Below are positions 1 to 12,211 of a stretch of 64,000 bases of DNA, one piece after another. Source of the DNA: Strigamia acuminata. Taxonomy: Eukaryota. A program made the position numbers and the translations under genes. The notes below the pieces were generated by a model. It worked only from the letters and a program-made list of their open reading frames with translations, made no database searches and had not been told where the DNA came from. The stretch is taken from contig OX442314.1 of NCBI GenBank assembly GCA_949358305.1, forward strand, positions 31,310,001 through 31,374,000, written 5' to 3'. How positions within the stretch are numbered: the stretch's first letter is position 1; every line of letters begins with the position of its first letter.

Positions 1-1833
1 AAATCTTTGCAACTCTTTCAAATTTGAAGGAGCTGGCATTTCTTTAATGGCGGCGACTTTTTTAGGGTCGACACTAACTCCTTGAACACTTAACTTGTAA
101 CCAAGAAAAGTTAATTCTTTTCTGCCAAATTTCGATTTTTCTGGATGAACATGAAGATTTGCATTTTCAAGTTTACTCAGAATTTCTTCCAGATGAATCA
201 TGTGTTCTTCAAAATTTTCTGATATAATAATTATATCATCGAGGTATGCCCATGCGAATTTTCGATAGGCGTCCCCCAAAATTTTCTCTATCAACTTTTG
301 AAAAGTTGACGGCGCATTTACGAGACCAAAGGGCATGACTCGAAATTGTAGTCGACCCAAAGGGCTCCAAAACGCAGTTTTAGCACGGTCATTCGGATGA
401 ACCTCTATTTGCCAATAGCCTTTTGACAAATCTATTGTTGTGACCCATTCAAACCTTCCGAGTTCTCGCAAGATTTCCTCAATGCTGGGCATTTGAGGAG
501 GGTCGTATAATGTATGTGCATTGAGTGGTCTAAAATCAATGCAGAGTCTCGGATCACAATCCGGACGCATCACTAGAACTATTCGCATTCCATAGTCTCC
601 AGTGGCTTGTTCAACGTATCCATTATCCAACATGTCTTGACAGATTTGACGGATAATTTCACGTTTTTGTGGATTTACGCTTTTAAACGGAACTCTAATA
701 GGAACTTTAGTGTCCAGTTTAATTTCATGCCTAACGAGGTGTGTTCTACCTGGTCGGCGAGATAAAATCTTTTCATGTTTCTTTAATACTCTTTCAAGCA
801 TTAAATTATTTTCCATTGACAAATTAGCGTCGCTAACAAGTCTTTGTACTACATTTTCTTCATCGGCAACTTTAGCTTGACATGCAGTGGCGGAACCAGC
901 TTTCATGTGATTTACTTTAATAAAGTCGCTATTCATTATTTCTTCAGGTGGATCAAGGAACTCTTGATAACGATCAAGAATCGCTTGAGGAACAAAAGGT
1001 AAATCTTCTTTCAAAGACTTGACAAAATTCCAAGACATGGTCTTAGGATTTGGTTGAATATTGAGTCGATTCATGAAATCACATCCTAATAAAATAATAG
1101 GATATTTATTTCTTAAAATTATGAATGGATGACTTAACATCCCGTGTGTCCACGCAAAAGAAAGTAGGAGAGTTCCTTCAGGGACTACATCTTCTGAAGC
1201 AGTCGTAACTCTCACATCCGGTCCAATTGGTCGAATTTCATCTTCCAGTTTCAGCGAAATTACTACGGAGTAGGCCATGAAGCTTCGATTAGCTCCAGAG
1301 TCTAACATCCCTGTTATCATACCGTTTGCCGTCTGCAATCGAATCGTCGGCAAATCATTGCTGTTTGGTATGTCCGCGTACTTGCACTTAAAACGTCGCG
1401 GTGGCTTAATTTCTATCGGCGGATCCAATGGTAATTCGTCCAATAAATCATTAGTGACTAACGTTGTAGCCATTAATTTTTCAATACATTCATCAAGACC
1501 AGGTAAATCAATTTTATCTGATCCTTCAGTGATTTCAGGTGTTGGCCTAGTTTTTCCATCTAGCAAAGTAACAGCATCTTTCATTTTAGATTCCCAATCA
1601 ACTTTTAATTGTTGAACTTTTTCTTTAAAAAATTCTTCAGTGATGTTTTCATTTTGCAGCACAAGCCTTAAACTGGAAACATCAATTTTTGGAAATATTA
1701 AATTATTTTCTAATTCTAATTTAATCTGAGTATTCAAAAATTCATCTAAAATTTGAGATGGTGTTAGTTCATTTTCCGAGGCGGTAGGCGTCGCATCCAC
1801 TAGACCGTCTGGATGCGCGCTTACAAGTTTTTT
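1..1833 (-). CDS. pol: Gypsy pol (aspartic protease + reverse transcriptase), partial, in the -1 frame relative to gag
   Basis: Manual translation gives MITGMLDSGANRSF (~1280-1320), DRAKTAFWSPLGRLQFRVMPFGLVNAPSTFQK (~295-390) and FAWAYLDDIIIIS (~220-260). It is probably missing from the ORF track because no stop occurs before the window edge. Confidence 0.93.
1792..1833 (-). promoter_or_regulatory. Programmed -1 ribosomal frameshift signal
   Basis: Slippery heptamer A AAA AAC (1833-1827) lies just before the gag stop and is followed by the stem CGCATCCA/TGGATGCG (1817-1792). The -1 frame reads open into pol. Confidence 0.85.
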
Positions 1834-4715
1834 AGAAGTTCGCCGATTGATTTCATCGATTTCTCGAACTCTTCTATAATCTTGTCTTTGCTCGATTTTC
1901 TGTCAGGACATTCTTTAGCCCAATGTCCCAATTTTTTACAAATATTACACGGGTCAGTAGCAGGCGATTTCGCGACTTTCGGCGAAGGCGAACTTGAACG
2001 TTTGGCTTCGTCCTTTTTAGGGGTCGGCGACTTCGATCTACTGAGTGCGTCTGTCTTTGGTGAACCAAAAGTAACGTTTTTAGGCGCCATCTTTGGTCCA
2101 AATTTTCGAGCTACTGCGTTATTACGGGCTAATAAAGCAGCTGCAGCCTCGCTTTCTGGTTCCGAGTCAGATTTCTCTGGTTCAGAAACAGTTTCCATTT
2201 CTGTCACTTCGGCTAAGTGAGCTTTAGGGGTTGGATGTGGATTTTTCCCATCCGATCCCTTTTTAGATTCCTTAGCAGTCTCTGCCAAAAAATCTCCTCG
2301 TTTTGGGGGTTGCAAAAGAGGGGTGTTAGCAAAACGTGTGTCTTTTGCCAATTCTTTTCTCCTTTGCTGTCGCTTAGCGTACGCAACCTTTTCATCAGCT
2401 GGTAAGTAAGCTTTATAATTTTCATCTATTCTTATCTGGTTAGCTCGCATAAATTTGGCTAATTCAGCGAAACCACCCGGATAAGGTGCTCGTACAGAAA
2501 GTAGAACATTTTTTGAATAATCTGTCAATCCACGACGGAATTGACGATCAATGGCTGCGTCTCCCATCGTATAAGGGAGAGTGACCAATAAATCCTCAGT
2601 CCTTCTTAAATAAGAGCGAAGACTTTCGCCTTTATTTTGAGAAAGATTATCCCACATTTGTAATAAGTCTTCACTTGACTCTCCATACTCAGTCATGAAT
2701 TCTTCTACAAAGTGGTTCCAATTTTGAAATTGTTTAGAATAAAACCATTTCTCAGCTCGGTCTATAAGAGCTTTTGGTACTACTCTTTTCAAAGCAGTGT
2801 GACATGCAATGCCATTCAACCTTGAAATTCGTAAAACTTCATCTAAAAGAGTGGATCCAGCTTCCCATTCTCCATCGAATAAAGCGGGTTTGATGTGATC
2901 CCATCTAATAGTTCTTTCGTCAACTAGATCGTGTGTCCAGTTGATTGCAGTATATTGGGCAATTTTCTGTCGTAATGCGATGTCAGCATTATCGGCAGTA
3001 GCGTCAGATCGATCGGAAGATCGACGATCAGCTAATAATCGATCAATTTCTTCAGCAGTGTAATAATGAGTATTACGCCGAGAAGAGTGGCCTCGATGTC
3101 GACGTCGATGAGATCGATGTCGATTATCGCGTTCTTGTTGCGCATTCACATCAGAATCCGACCTTGAATCAGATTGTGAATTTGAAGGCGTGTTGAAATG
3201 TGGTGTTTCAGGTGGGTCGGGTGGGTCGCCGTCATCATCTGGTGGTCGACGTCCACCTCCAGGTGGTCCATCTCCATGTCCATCTGAATTTCCTCCATCT
3301 GGTGGATTTCTTCTATACTGACCCCCACCTGGCGGGCTTTCATGTCCGTCGGGTGGTTCGCGTGCTGGATTCGTGTCTCGTCGACTTCTTTTTGACGAGT
3401 CTTGCTGTTGAGCCAGTGGTATCGTTCGAGTAACATGAATACCAGTTTCATGCCGTCTATTTCGATCGTCTACCATCCCCAACAGTCGGTCACTGTTGTG
3501 AAAAATAGGATTTCGATTACCAGGAAGTGGATTGCGATCAGCTCTCCTTTCCTCGGAATCTGAAGGACGTTTTCTTTTTGAGCGATGGCGGCGACGCGAA
3601 CGTTGGTCGTCATCACTCGATAATCCAGATTGGCTACTTAACTCTGAAACAACAGAAATTGTTATTGTTTCGGGAGTCAAAATAGGGACAGTTGGCGCAG
3701 CCATTTCTGGTTGCACCAATTGGTCAGTATAATTCCTTGCTTGCAAACGATCTTTCATTTCTGCAAGCTCTTCTTGAGCGCGCAACAAATCAGCTCGGAG
3801 AATTTCATTCTCATTTATTTGATTTTGCGATTCTTCTGGTTGTAATCGCTTAGCAGGGTCGCTAGACTTGACTTGTCCGCTCGTACTGGGTTGATCCAGC
3901 GAGTGGAAAATCTCATCTTCACGCTTAGCTATTTTGCTCTCGCGAGTACGCTGTGTTTTAGCACGTGTGTCTAATTCAGCAGCATATCTCACTAATTGAT
4001 TATGATTGCGTTGGTAGTGGTCTGCCAAATCAATCAATTCTTTATTTTTCTGCTCCAACTTACTTTTGGTAAGTTCGAGCTGTCTCCGCGCCTCTTGGTG
4101 TGAGCGAATTGAAAGTTCATTTCTAGTATTCATTTTAGAAAGATCTTCCACTTCACCTTTTAATCTGTATTCTCTAGCTTTTTGGGCTAGAAATTCCTCA
4201 TTTTGTCGATTGAGTTCCATGTGTTGGAGCTCAACCTCCGCTTTTTGTTGTTGAAGCTCAGCTTCTTTTCGTTCCATTTCAAATTGTAAATTTGAAACGG
4301 CACGATCAGTGTGAAGTCGTATCATGGCGCGATGAATCTCTTCCACCGTCATGTCGTCCGTTATTTGGGCGCCATCCTGGCGTGCTTGATTTCTCAAAGC
4401 ATCCAACATGGTCATGCGAGGAGGTGATTCGTGAGACGATTCACTTTCCATTTCACGTAACGTATTTTCCACTTCCTCCAGTGGAAGTGGCGGGAGTTCT
4501 TGGTCGTTAGAACTCGCACTTGAAGCGCTCAGGGCTCGAGCAACTTCATTTTCAGCATCCTTAAGTTGTTTCGGATCTGGAACTGGCGTTATTTCTTCAG
4601 AAATAATTTTCTCCATAAGCATTTCAGGCTCGAGAGCCGGCAAAACCGTCGCTGCTCGTTTCTGAGTGCTTGGTCGACCTCGCTGTCGTTTTACAATTTG
4701 CATTGGCGTAGCCAT
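1821..4715 (-). CDS. gag: Gag polyprotein, 964 aa (long coiled-coil/disordered N-terminus, capsid-like domain, CCHC zinc knuckle)
   Basis: Uninterrupted ORF with AEKWF...W..F...F, an MHR-like QNKGESLRSY and CNICKKLGHWAKEC. Confidence 0.92.
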   Translation of the reverse strand: MATPMQIVKRQRGRPSTQKRAATVLPALEPEMLMEKIISEEITPVPDPKQLKDAENEVARALSASSASSNDQELPPLPLEEVENTLREMESESSHESPPRMTMLDALRNQARQDGAQITDDMTVEEIHRAMIRLHTDRAVSNLQFEMERKEAELQQQKAEVELQHMELNRQNEEFLAQKAREYRLKGEVEDLSKMNTRNELSIRSHQEARRQLELTKSKLEQKNKELIDLADHYQRNHNQLVRYAAELDTRAKTQRTRESKIAKREDEIFHSLDQPSTSGQVKSSDPAKRLQPEESQNQINENEILRADLLRAQEELAEMKDRLQARNYTDQLVQPEMAAPTVPILTPETITISVVSELSSQSGLSSDDDQRSRRRHRSKRKRPSDSEERRADRNPLPGNRNPIFHNSDRLLGMVDDRNRRHETGIHVTRTIPLAQQQDSSKRSRRDTNPAREPPDGHESPPGGGQYRRNPPDGGNSDGHGDGPPGGGRRPPDDDGDPPDPPETPHFNTPSNSQSDSRSDSDVNAQQERDNRHRSHRRRHRGHSSRRNTHYYTAEEIDRLLADRRSSDRSDATADNADIALRQKIAQYTAINWTHDLVDERTIRWDHIKPALFDGEWEAGSTLLDEVLRISRLNGIACHTALKRVVPKALIDRAEKWFYSKQFQNWNHFVEEFMTEYGESSEDLLQMWDNLSQNKGESLRSYLRRTEDLLVTLPYTMGDAAIDRQFRRGLTDYSKNVLLSVRAPYPGGFAELAKFMRANQIRIDENYKAYLPADEKVAYAKRQQRRKELAKDTRFANTPLLQPPKRGDFLAETAKESKKGSDGKNPHPTPKAHLAEVTEMETVSEPEKSDSEPESEAAAALLARNNAVARKFGPKMAPKNVTFGSPKTDALSRSKSPTPKKDEAKRSSSPSPKVAKSPATDPCNICKKLGHWAKECPDRKSSKDKIIEEFEKSMKSIGELLKNL

Positions 4716-4787
4716 TTTGTCAAATTGAAAAAGAACAATGGAAATAAAGGATCTTTTTGCAAAAATCGGATTTTAACAATCAAAACA

Positions 4788-4805
4788 ATCCCGGACGGGC
4801 CCCCA
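4788..4805 (-). promoter_or_regulatory. Primer binding site, tRNA-Pro
   Basis: TGGGGGCCCGTCCGGGAT differs at one position from the canonical tRNA-Pro PBS TGGGGGCTCGTCCGGGAT and abuts the LTR end. Confidence 0.85.
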
Positions 4806-5871
4806 AGTGCGGCGATCCGGGTTTTTACTTATTAAATTATATAAATTCAATAAGCAATCGTCGGTGAGATGCCGTACAGGACTTCTACTCTGTGGCTAAA
4901 TGGTTGTCTAGGGGAATGATTTTTACACGAAGAGTAAAAGGAAAAATTAGATTGTTTTAATCGTTCTAAATACACTTGATAGATGCAAAGGGGAAATAAT
5001 AATAGTAATGTAATGACTGGGTCGATCTGGCTTCTCTTTGTACTTGGACACTCACAGTTGACCGTTGGCTCCAAAATGGCGTCGATGGCGTCGTGTGAGC
5101 GCGGGATTTTAGCGGAGTAAACTCAACGCTAAAATACGTTGCTAAAATATACTAAAAATCCTCGTGGAGCACGCTCGACACGAGAATACGTCTTGCACAC
5201 AGCGGTTTGATTATTACGGAGCAAGCTCGACGTAACAATCCGTCTTAACACACAGATTTCTTTGTGGAGCAAGCTCGACACAAAGAACTACAAATTGACA
5301 GAGCAAGCTCAATGTCAATTCACACACAGAAATGGCTTAAATTACGCGTAGTAATTCAAGCAGAAGGGCGCTATTCCGTACAGTTGGCACGGACCAGCAA
5401 TGAATCTCGATTCTTCCAATATCACAGATCACACTTAGCGAGTTTGGGCATAAGTTTGACACGGTTGTGAAAGGTTTGGAAGCAGGATCAAGAGTGCGGG
5501 AAGAGTGGGCCAAAACCGTTTGGCTCACTTCTAAATCTGCTCAGAAAAGCTGCGCAGATGACGAGTTGCATGAAGATCACACACGGCCGCCTTCGGGTCG
5601 TGTGCAACAATCGAGCCGGGCACGCGCGAGGGGAAGGGATGCTCCGCCCAGGCACACGCCTAGCAGCATCATCAAAGCAATGCACGCTGCAGCGCGATTG
5701 GTTGACGCTGTTGCTGGGCCAAAACTTGCTGCAAAACACAATATTATTTGGGTAATATTGTGTCTTGTTTTATATTTTATTAATGTATGTTTTATTTCAA
5801 CTTACATTGAAACAAAACATATACGCTTGTTGAACATGTTTATAAGACAATTTGGAAATATGGTGCGCACT
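4806..5871 (-). repeat. 5' LTR (~1.07 kb) with AGTGCG...CGCACT termini
   Basis: 6-bp terminal inverted repeat adjacent to the PBS, with four internal GAGC(A)AGCTC-like repeats at 5166-5312. The second LTR is outside the window, so the outer boundary is inferred. Confidence 0.7.
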
Positions 5872-7883
5872 CAAATAGGAATATTTGAGGTCACCACAAA
5901 TATTGCACTGAGATAGCCTCGATTGGTTATTTTGAGCTGCCAACAGAGTTCATCGTGAATCCAGGCCGCTTGTTGGCTATTCTGGAGAAAACTAACGGTA
6001 AATATCGGGTTGAGACCTTCGAAGTTCCTGACCAAAAGTTTTGCCGCAAATTTGTGTGCATTCTCTGTTGGGAATTCATTCAAAACATAGGTTGTTTACC
6101 AACTAATGTTGCCGGCGCCATTTACGTAATGGTTGCTGTCATAATAGTGACATTACTTTGCTGCCTTAAGAAGATAATAGGGATAATTTTTCGATCAATT
6201 GGCTTGTTTTGGTCTTGTAATGTGTTGTTATGGCGTTGTATGAAATGTATCCTGCGACTTATCATGCGAACAGCAGCTAGGGTCGGAGAACACACGGGAG
6301 GGAAATTGGGAGGCGTTTGTGACAACCCCTATCGCAATAAGGGGAGAGCGCCCAACCCTTTAGGTTTTGCAGTAGTGCTCACCATACTACATTTGTGGAT
6401 GGGCATGACGGTAGGAGATCTTACTGGGTGTGACAAGCATGTGGTCGCCACTCGTGCTATGGGGGACTGCGAGACGGATGGGCAGTCTGTCGGGTGTGAT
6501 GTCCCTTTGAATACGCAGGCTATTTTCCCAAATTTGGGGTTCACCACGTGTTTTTGGCTGGAGTCAGAGGCCAGAGAGCCAATTGTCGGGTTGGCTGTCT
6601 CTTTTAGGCGGGTAAGATGCGCATGGCTGACCAACACAACCTATTTCACTTTTTAAGTGAGTATGGAAGTTATTTCAGCCAGCTACCAGGCTGACAGTGA
6701 CCAGTGCAGATGGGGGAGACAATGCAAAGATAATTCCGAGTTTCCCGATCTGACTACAGAGGCCAAGACGAAGGAAGGGGGTCACGGTTGTTTCAGTAGA
6801 CAATCGGGGTCAATCTGCCAATTTTATCGCTGGTATTTACAGCCAAGATTTGATACCACCTTCCGCGTAGAAAGAGTGAGTGGGGTGATTTGTCGCCCAC
6901 AATTTGAAGTGGTGACTGACCAAAGCCTGACATTGACTCAGGTCCACATGGATGACCGGATTATACTTGCTAATGGAATGGAGCTGACCACATCTAAGAA
7001 CCCAGGGTGGGAGGCCCTGAAGATTGACATGGACTTGATTCAAAGTTATTTCCAACCGTGGGAAGTCTATCTGGATAAGGCTGTGCTTTTTGGCCAACCC
7101 TTGGCGGGGAAATTAGGGGAGATTTAAGCCGCTCGACCTTTGGTGAACGAGTTCTCATTCGATCCCCGTTTGAGCCATTGTGTTTCTTCGGGCGAGGGTG
7201 TTAATTGTTATGCCCAGAGGTATTACTTGACCAGGAAGAGAGTTGAACAGTCTAACAGGATTCCAGTGGCACTAGCCAACCACTTACTGAAATTGGACTC
7301 GGCCCATGTCATCTATTCTGAGTTAATTAAGAGCGGATCGGTTGAGGTACAAATGTCTGTGCCCAGTTTTAAGGGACTTGTGTCTAGTGCCCGAGTAGTG
7401 CCATTGCTGGAGTCCTTTGCAAAGCCAGGTGGCTGTCACAGCTGTCAGGTGATGGCAGTGTTAAAGATCAGGGCTTACTCGACCGACCAGGCGGGTCCAG
7501 TACAGATTCGTTTCGACTCAGTTGACCATCACACTCGGATCCTGCATCTGGGTTTGATGTCTAAGGTTCATGTGGTTGAATTCATGAGCAACCAGAAGTG
7601 TGTGAGTGACAGAATTTGTCTGGTCTCCGGAGGGAACATTGCCTGTAAGGCAATTAGTTACTGTTTGGAGGATCCTAGTTTGATGCTGGACGGGCCAAAT
7701 AAGACATCATTCTCGCAGGAGGAGAACAGAAATGCTGGCTCTAGGATTTACAAGTGGTTGTCAGACGCTGAATGGGGTCCAGTCAGAGTGATTCAAATAA
7801 GTTTGATCATGATGGCAATATTACTACTTTTGCTGTTTGTCATCACTATGTTGGTAGGTATTTGGTCCCGAATAAGACCCTAA
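5872..7883 (+). pseudogene. Phlebovirus/Phenuiviridae-like glycoprotein precursor (Gn C-terminus + Gc class II fusion protein)
   Basis: Three ORFs in one frame (5955-6656, 6657-7127, 7140-7883) separated by TAA stops. Motifs: Cys-rich CRKFVCILCWEF..IGC then TM, internal signal peptide, Gc-like start CDKHVVAT...C...C, LGEI*, GGCHSC, C-terminal TM. Confidence 0.8.
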
Positions 7884-8191
7884 TATATATCTTCATTTAC
7901 AGGTCTTAAGGCTGATTTTTGAATTTTGTTTTTCCATTTTAGAACCTTGGGGTGAATTTTACGTGGGAATTTTGGATTTTTTTTTGTTTTGGGATATTGG
8001 AGTTATGAGTTTGGTAAATTTGGGCGGGGTGTTTATATTTTTATATCGTTATTTTTTGAGCTTTGTATTTTTGAATTACGTATTTTTGAGGGTTTAACCT
8101 ATTGAGTTAGATTTTTTTTTTCCTTTTTTCTCATCTCTGGTTTGGGGATTATTGTGTGAAGTTTTGTATTTGTTTTTTTTATACCTTTGAA

Positions 8192-8577
8192 TGTTAATTT
8201 GTGTTAATTTGTATAATTAATGTTAATTTGTATAATTAATGTTAATTTTTATAATTAATGTTAATTTTTATAATTAATGTTAATTTGTATAATTAATGTT
8301 AATTTGTATAATAAATGTTAATTTGTATAATTAATGTTAATTTGTATAATTAATGTTAATTTGTATAATTAATGTTAATTTGTATAATTAATGTTAATTT
8401 GTATAATTAATGTTAATTTGTATAATTAATGTTAATTTGTATAATTAATGTTAATTTGTATAATTAATGTTAATTTGTATAATTAATGTTAATTTGTATA
8501 ATTAATGTTAATTTGTATAATTAATGTTAATTTGTATAATTAATGTTAATTTGTATAATTAATGTTAATTTGTATAA
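8192..8577. repeat. 19-bp minisatellite (TTAATGTTAATTTGTATAA)n, ~20 copies
   Basis: Near-perfect tandem array read directly. Confidence 0.95.
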
Positions 8578-8783
8578 GTTTTGACCTTACTGTGTCTAAT
8601 GGATTGAATTTTGCTTAAATTGTTGGTGTTATGTTCTTTGTGTTTCATATTTTGCACTCATTGTTTGTGAACATGCTCTGTATTTTGGGGGGGTGTATAC
8701 CGTGTTGTGGATCTTTGGTGATGGATTTTGGGGGTTCTTAATCAGAGTTTTTTTTTCGACTGGAACAACGGTGTTGTTTAGTC

Positions 8784-10256
8784 GAGGGGTGAGGGATGTC
8801 GCGAGGTGGTTTGTTCCTGTGTTGTTTTTCCGGACGGTTGGAGGAAACTATGGGACAATGGAGTAACAATTGAGTTAATAATAAAAGTGATGATAATGAA
8901 AAATAATGATGTGTGACATTAAATGAAAGAAGAATAAATATTAATTAATATTGAGTTTTGGAAGGCAGAGGAGTGATTAGTGGGTATATGTGAGGACACG
9001 TTTTGTTTTTGTTTTATAGACATTGGGGGTGAGGGGGAGGTGAGATCGGAGGCTTGTGGTTGACATGGGGGCAGGGGACGTTCACCCTCATTTGGAATGG
9101 CCTTGTTTGATGGAGGCTAATGAAGGTAGAAGACGTGCTGGAATCTGCATGCCCTAATACGGTGTGTGGAAGGGTTGAGGGTGGTATTTTCTTTGTTTTC
9201 TTTGTGCCTTGTTTTGTAGTGTATAAAAAGGAGCTGGTTGGAATTGACTAGAAGTAGTTTGTATTTTTGAATGGTGTGTCTCATTGGATTCGTGTATCTG
9301 ATGTTTTATGAGATTTGTGTGTTTGTAAGTTTTGTTGTGTGAAACTGAGCAAGGTTAGGGGAAGATAAAAAACTCTTACACGTGCAGTGAGTGAATTGGA
9401 ATGGCTTTATTGACCTGAAAAATGAGAGTTAGGGCCACTGTGGGGACTGGACTAATTGGAAGAAGAGCCCCTGGCTGGAAATTAAAATGAGGAGGTGCAT
9501 GGCCAATTAGGATAATGTGAAGGACGTTGGACCAAAGGGGGTGAAGAATTGGATTTGAGGATTTACACGTTGGCAGGAGAGCAAAGAGTGAAGTGCTCCA
9601 TTTTCATCTGGTAGACGGAGCCTTACCTTGTCCTCACGGGAGCTTAAAAGGGCCGAAGCTGCCGTACATCAATCCACGAGGTCCGGTGACCACACTCCTC
9701 CATTTGTTCCATTGCCAGGCAAATCATCTCTTCAAAGGATAAGGATCGTAAACAACGTCCAGCAGAGACACCTCGCTGCTTCTCACCTCACCTGATCAGG
9801 TTGTAGCACAGTTGTTTTGCTTTACCTTGTGTTGACTTGCGGCACTACTCACATTCTTTTATGGATTTTAATGTTATTTTGGTGTTAAAAATATCTTTTG
9901 GGATTTGTTGTTCTTTGGTGTTAAAAATATCTTTTGGGATTTGTTGTTGTTTTTCTTATTAACTATCCATTTTAGGGGAATTGTATTATGTTTTATGCTC
10001 ATTATACTTTTTGGGGTTCATTACTGCTTGGGTGGTAGTCCTTGTTTTTGAGAGATCAGCGTTGTAAATTGACCTATGGTGATCAAGGTCGTTAGGTCGC
10101 TTTGGTTGGGTTATTTGGGTCACTTTAGGGATTGGGTGTTGAAGGGTTTTCTGAGGTATTTTCGGGGGTTCCGGTTGAACCTTTTATTGAATTCATTTTT
10201 TGTTATTTTAATACTTTATTTATAATTTTTTTAATGTCAAATAAATATAGTTACAG
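8784..10256 (+). repeat. Candidate PPT + 3' LTR downstream of the glycoprotein
   Basis: GAGGGGTGAGGGA is followed directly by TGT (8797). TATAAAA lies near 9223 and AATAAA near 10240, followed by GTTACA. The right boundary is uncertain. Confidence 0.4.
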
Positions 10257-10292
10257 TTTGTAAAATACAGCAAGTCTTTTTTATTTCACTTA

Positions 10293-10826
10293 ATTACACT
10301 TCATAAAAGTCTGGGATAACGTCCACTCAACTGGACAAGGAATCTGCGAAAGGTAATTTGTTCGTTCATAGGTCGGCCATCTTAGGTGGGACCCATGTTT
10401 ACGACACGTTTATGAACTGCACTGAAACACTCTAGATGTGTGTCTACAATTTAATTCAACCACTTGTTCATCCTTTTTCATATTAAATTGATAGACACAG
10501 CAATCTTCAGTAGAGTCTACCTCTAGTAATTTTCGTTCCAATTCTTGCGGTTGATGTGGTGGTGATGGTGATGGCTGATGGGCTGTCGGCTGATGCACTT
10601 CTTCTTCGTTTTCATTACCTGAGATGTAAATAAGTTCTTCAGGTTATATGGATACAGACTGCTGCTGTTGGTTCCTCGTAGCTAATTCCATTCGGCAACA
10701 CTTCTGTTCCAATGCCAGTTGGTTTTGAGCAATTTCCAGGTCTTTAAAGATGTAATGTATGCTGAAGTGGTGGTGAAGTTCCCGGTCTTCTCTCTCTCTG
10801 GGTCCGTCTTGGTTAATGAAAACCAA
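10293..10826 (-). pseudogene. Degenerate RING-finger-like gene fragment
   Basis: EDCCVYQFNMKKDEQVVELNCRH..VFQC resembles a RING-H2 N-terminal half. Related nucleotide stretches recur near 38590-38630 and 39845-39930. Confidence 0.35.
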
Positions 10827-12211
10827 GTCAAAAATGAATTTGGATTCTAGTGGGAAAATATTATAAAAAGGAAATGATAGAATGTAAATCTCACATCCTC
10901 CCCTCCTTAAATCTAAAGAAACTTCTTTAAAAAATATACAGGGTAAACAAAAAGTCTATCACTATAGTAAATATTTCTGAAAGTGCTGACATATCATCTG
11001 ATCTAATGATGGTAAAGTATTAAAGTTGGGTGGGGCAATCTTTTGGTGACTCGAAATTTGACCTTGGGATGTTCCTTCAAGGTCATTAGGAAATTATCTC
11101 AGAAACCGTTAGAGATAGACAGAAATTTCCAATTGTAAACTTGTAGAGCATCATTTGTTTAGTTTAAAAATGACTAATTCTCAAATCTTTTGTACTAAAT
11201 TTTTTTAAGAAAATCGCAATTTTCTAACGTAGACACAAGTCAAAGAAAAAATGCCCCAAATTGAAAAAGTGTCAAAAACGTGCTGATTAGACGTAAAATG
11301 ACCCAAAAAATCGATTCCCCTAGTTGGAATTTGCATATTAGCACCGTTGCAGAGATATGGACAGAAAACTGAATTTTTGAAAAGAAATTTTAAGAAATTT
11401 TAAGAAAATTGCAATTTTCTAAAGTAGACACAAGTTTTTTATAAAAAAAAGGATATCTTTTCCCGTTATGGATAATGTATTCTTCGGAAAAAATGTCTTC
11501 AGACTAATTTACAGGTGTGCTGTATCCTTTTTTTAGATGGCTCGTTTTAGTAAAGGTTCTCAGGATCTCGGTCTAGAATCAGGAGAACTGAACTCCTGAT
11601 TCTAGTCATTAAGTCAACTTGACTTATCTTGTCAAATCTAAGTAGAACACAATCTGATGAGCTATGATGGTACCAATTTTACACATTGCAGGGAGAGCAA
11701 CTGGCAAAAAGTATGGCTTAACCGCGTAACAATAGAAAATAAAAGAAACATAAATCAACAAAATTGCAACACAGTAAAATTGCAACACAGTAAAATTGAA
11801 CAACTTATACATCAACACCAGTTCTTAAAAAAAAACACCAGTTCTTAAAAAAAAACACCAGTTCTTAAAAAAAAACACCAGTTCTTAAAAAAAAACACCA
11901 GTTTTTAAAAAAATATCATTTTTATAAATTAAAATTATTAAAATAATAATACTCATTATTACTCATTTTTATGCATAAAATATATTTCTAAAAATTATCA
12001 CAAAACTTATTTTTATGCATAAAATATATTTCTAAAAATTATTACAAAAACCATTTTTATGCATAAAATAAATTTCTAAAAATTATTACAAAACCATTTT
12101 TAATATTTATATTCTTAAATATTATGACAAAACCATTTTTAATATTTATATTCTTAAATATTATGACAAAACTCATTTTTATATCATGATATATAGACAA
12201 TATAATGTATT

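Larger units (their letters stand above)
1..5871 (-). mobile_element. Ty3/Gypsy LTR retrotransposon, 5' part (LTR-PBS-gag-pol); continues beyond the left edge
   Basis: Minus-strand order is LTR, PBS, gag with CCHC knuckle, protease (LDSGA), RT (KTAF...MPFGLVNAPSTFQ...YLDD). Confidence 0.95.

Noticed and set aside
6654..7127. Programmed stop-codon readthrough in the glycoprotein
   Set aside because: Multiple stops fall inside the ectodomain, one at a normally conserved Gln (GEIQ), so pseudogenisation is the simpler explanation.
5872..7883. Glycoprotein as env of the adjacent Gypsy element
   Set aside because: It lies outside the 5' LTR, on the opposite strand, and is truncated at the LTR edge.
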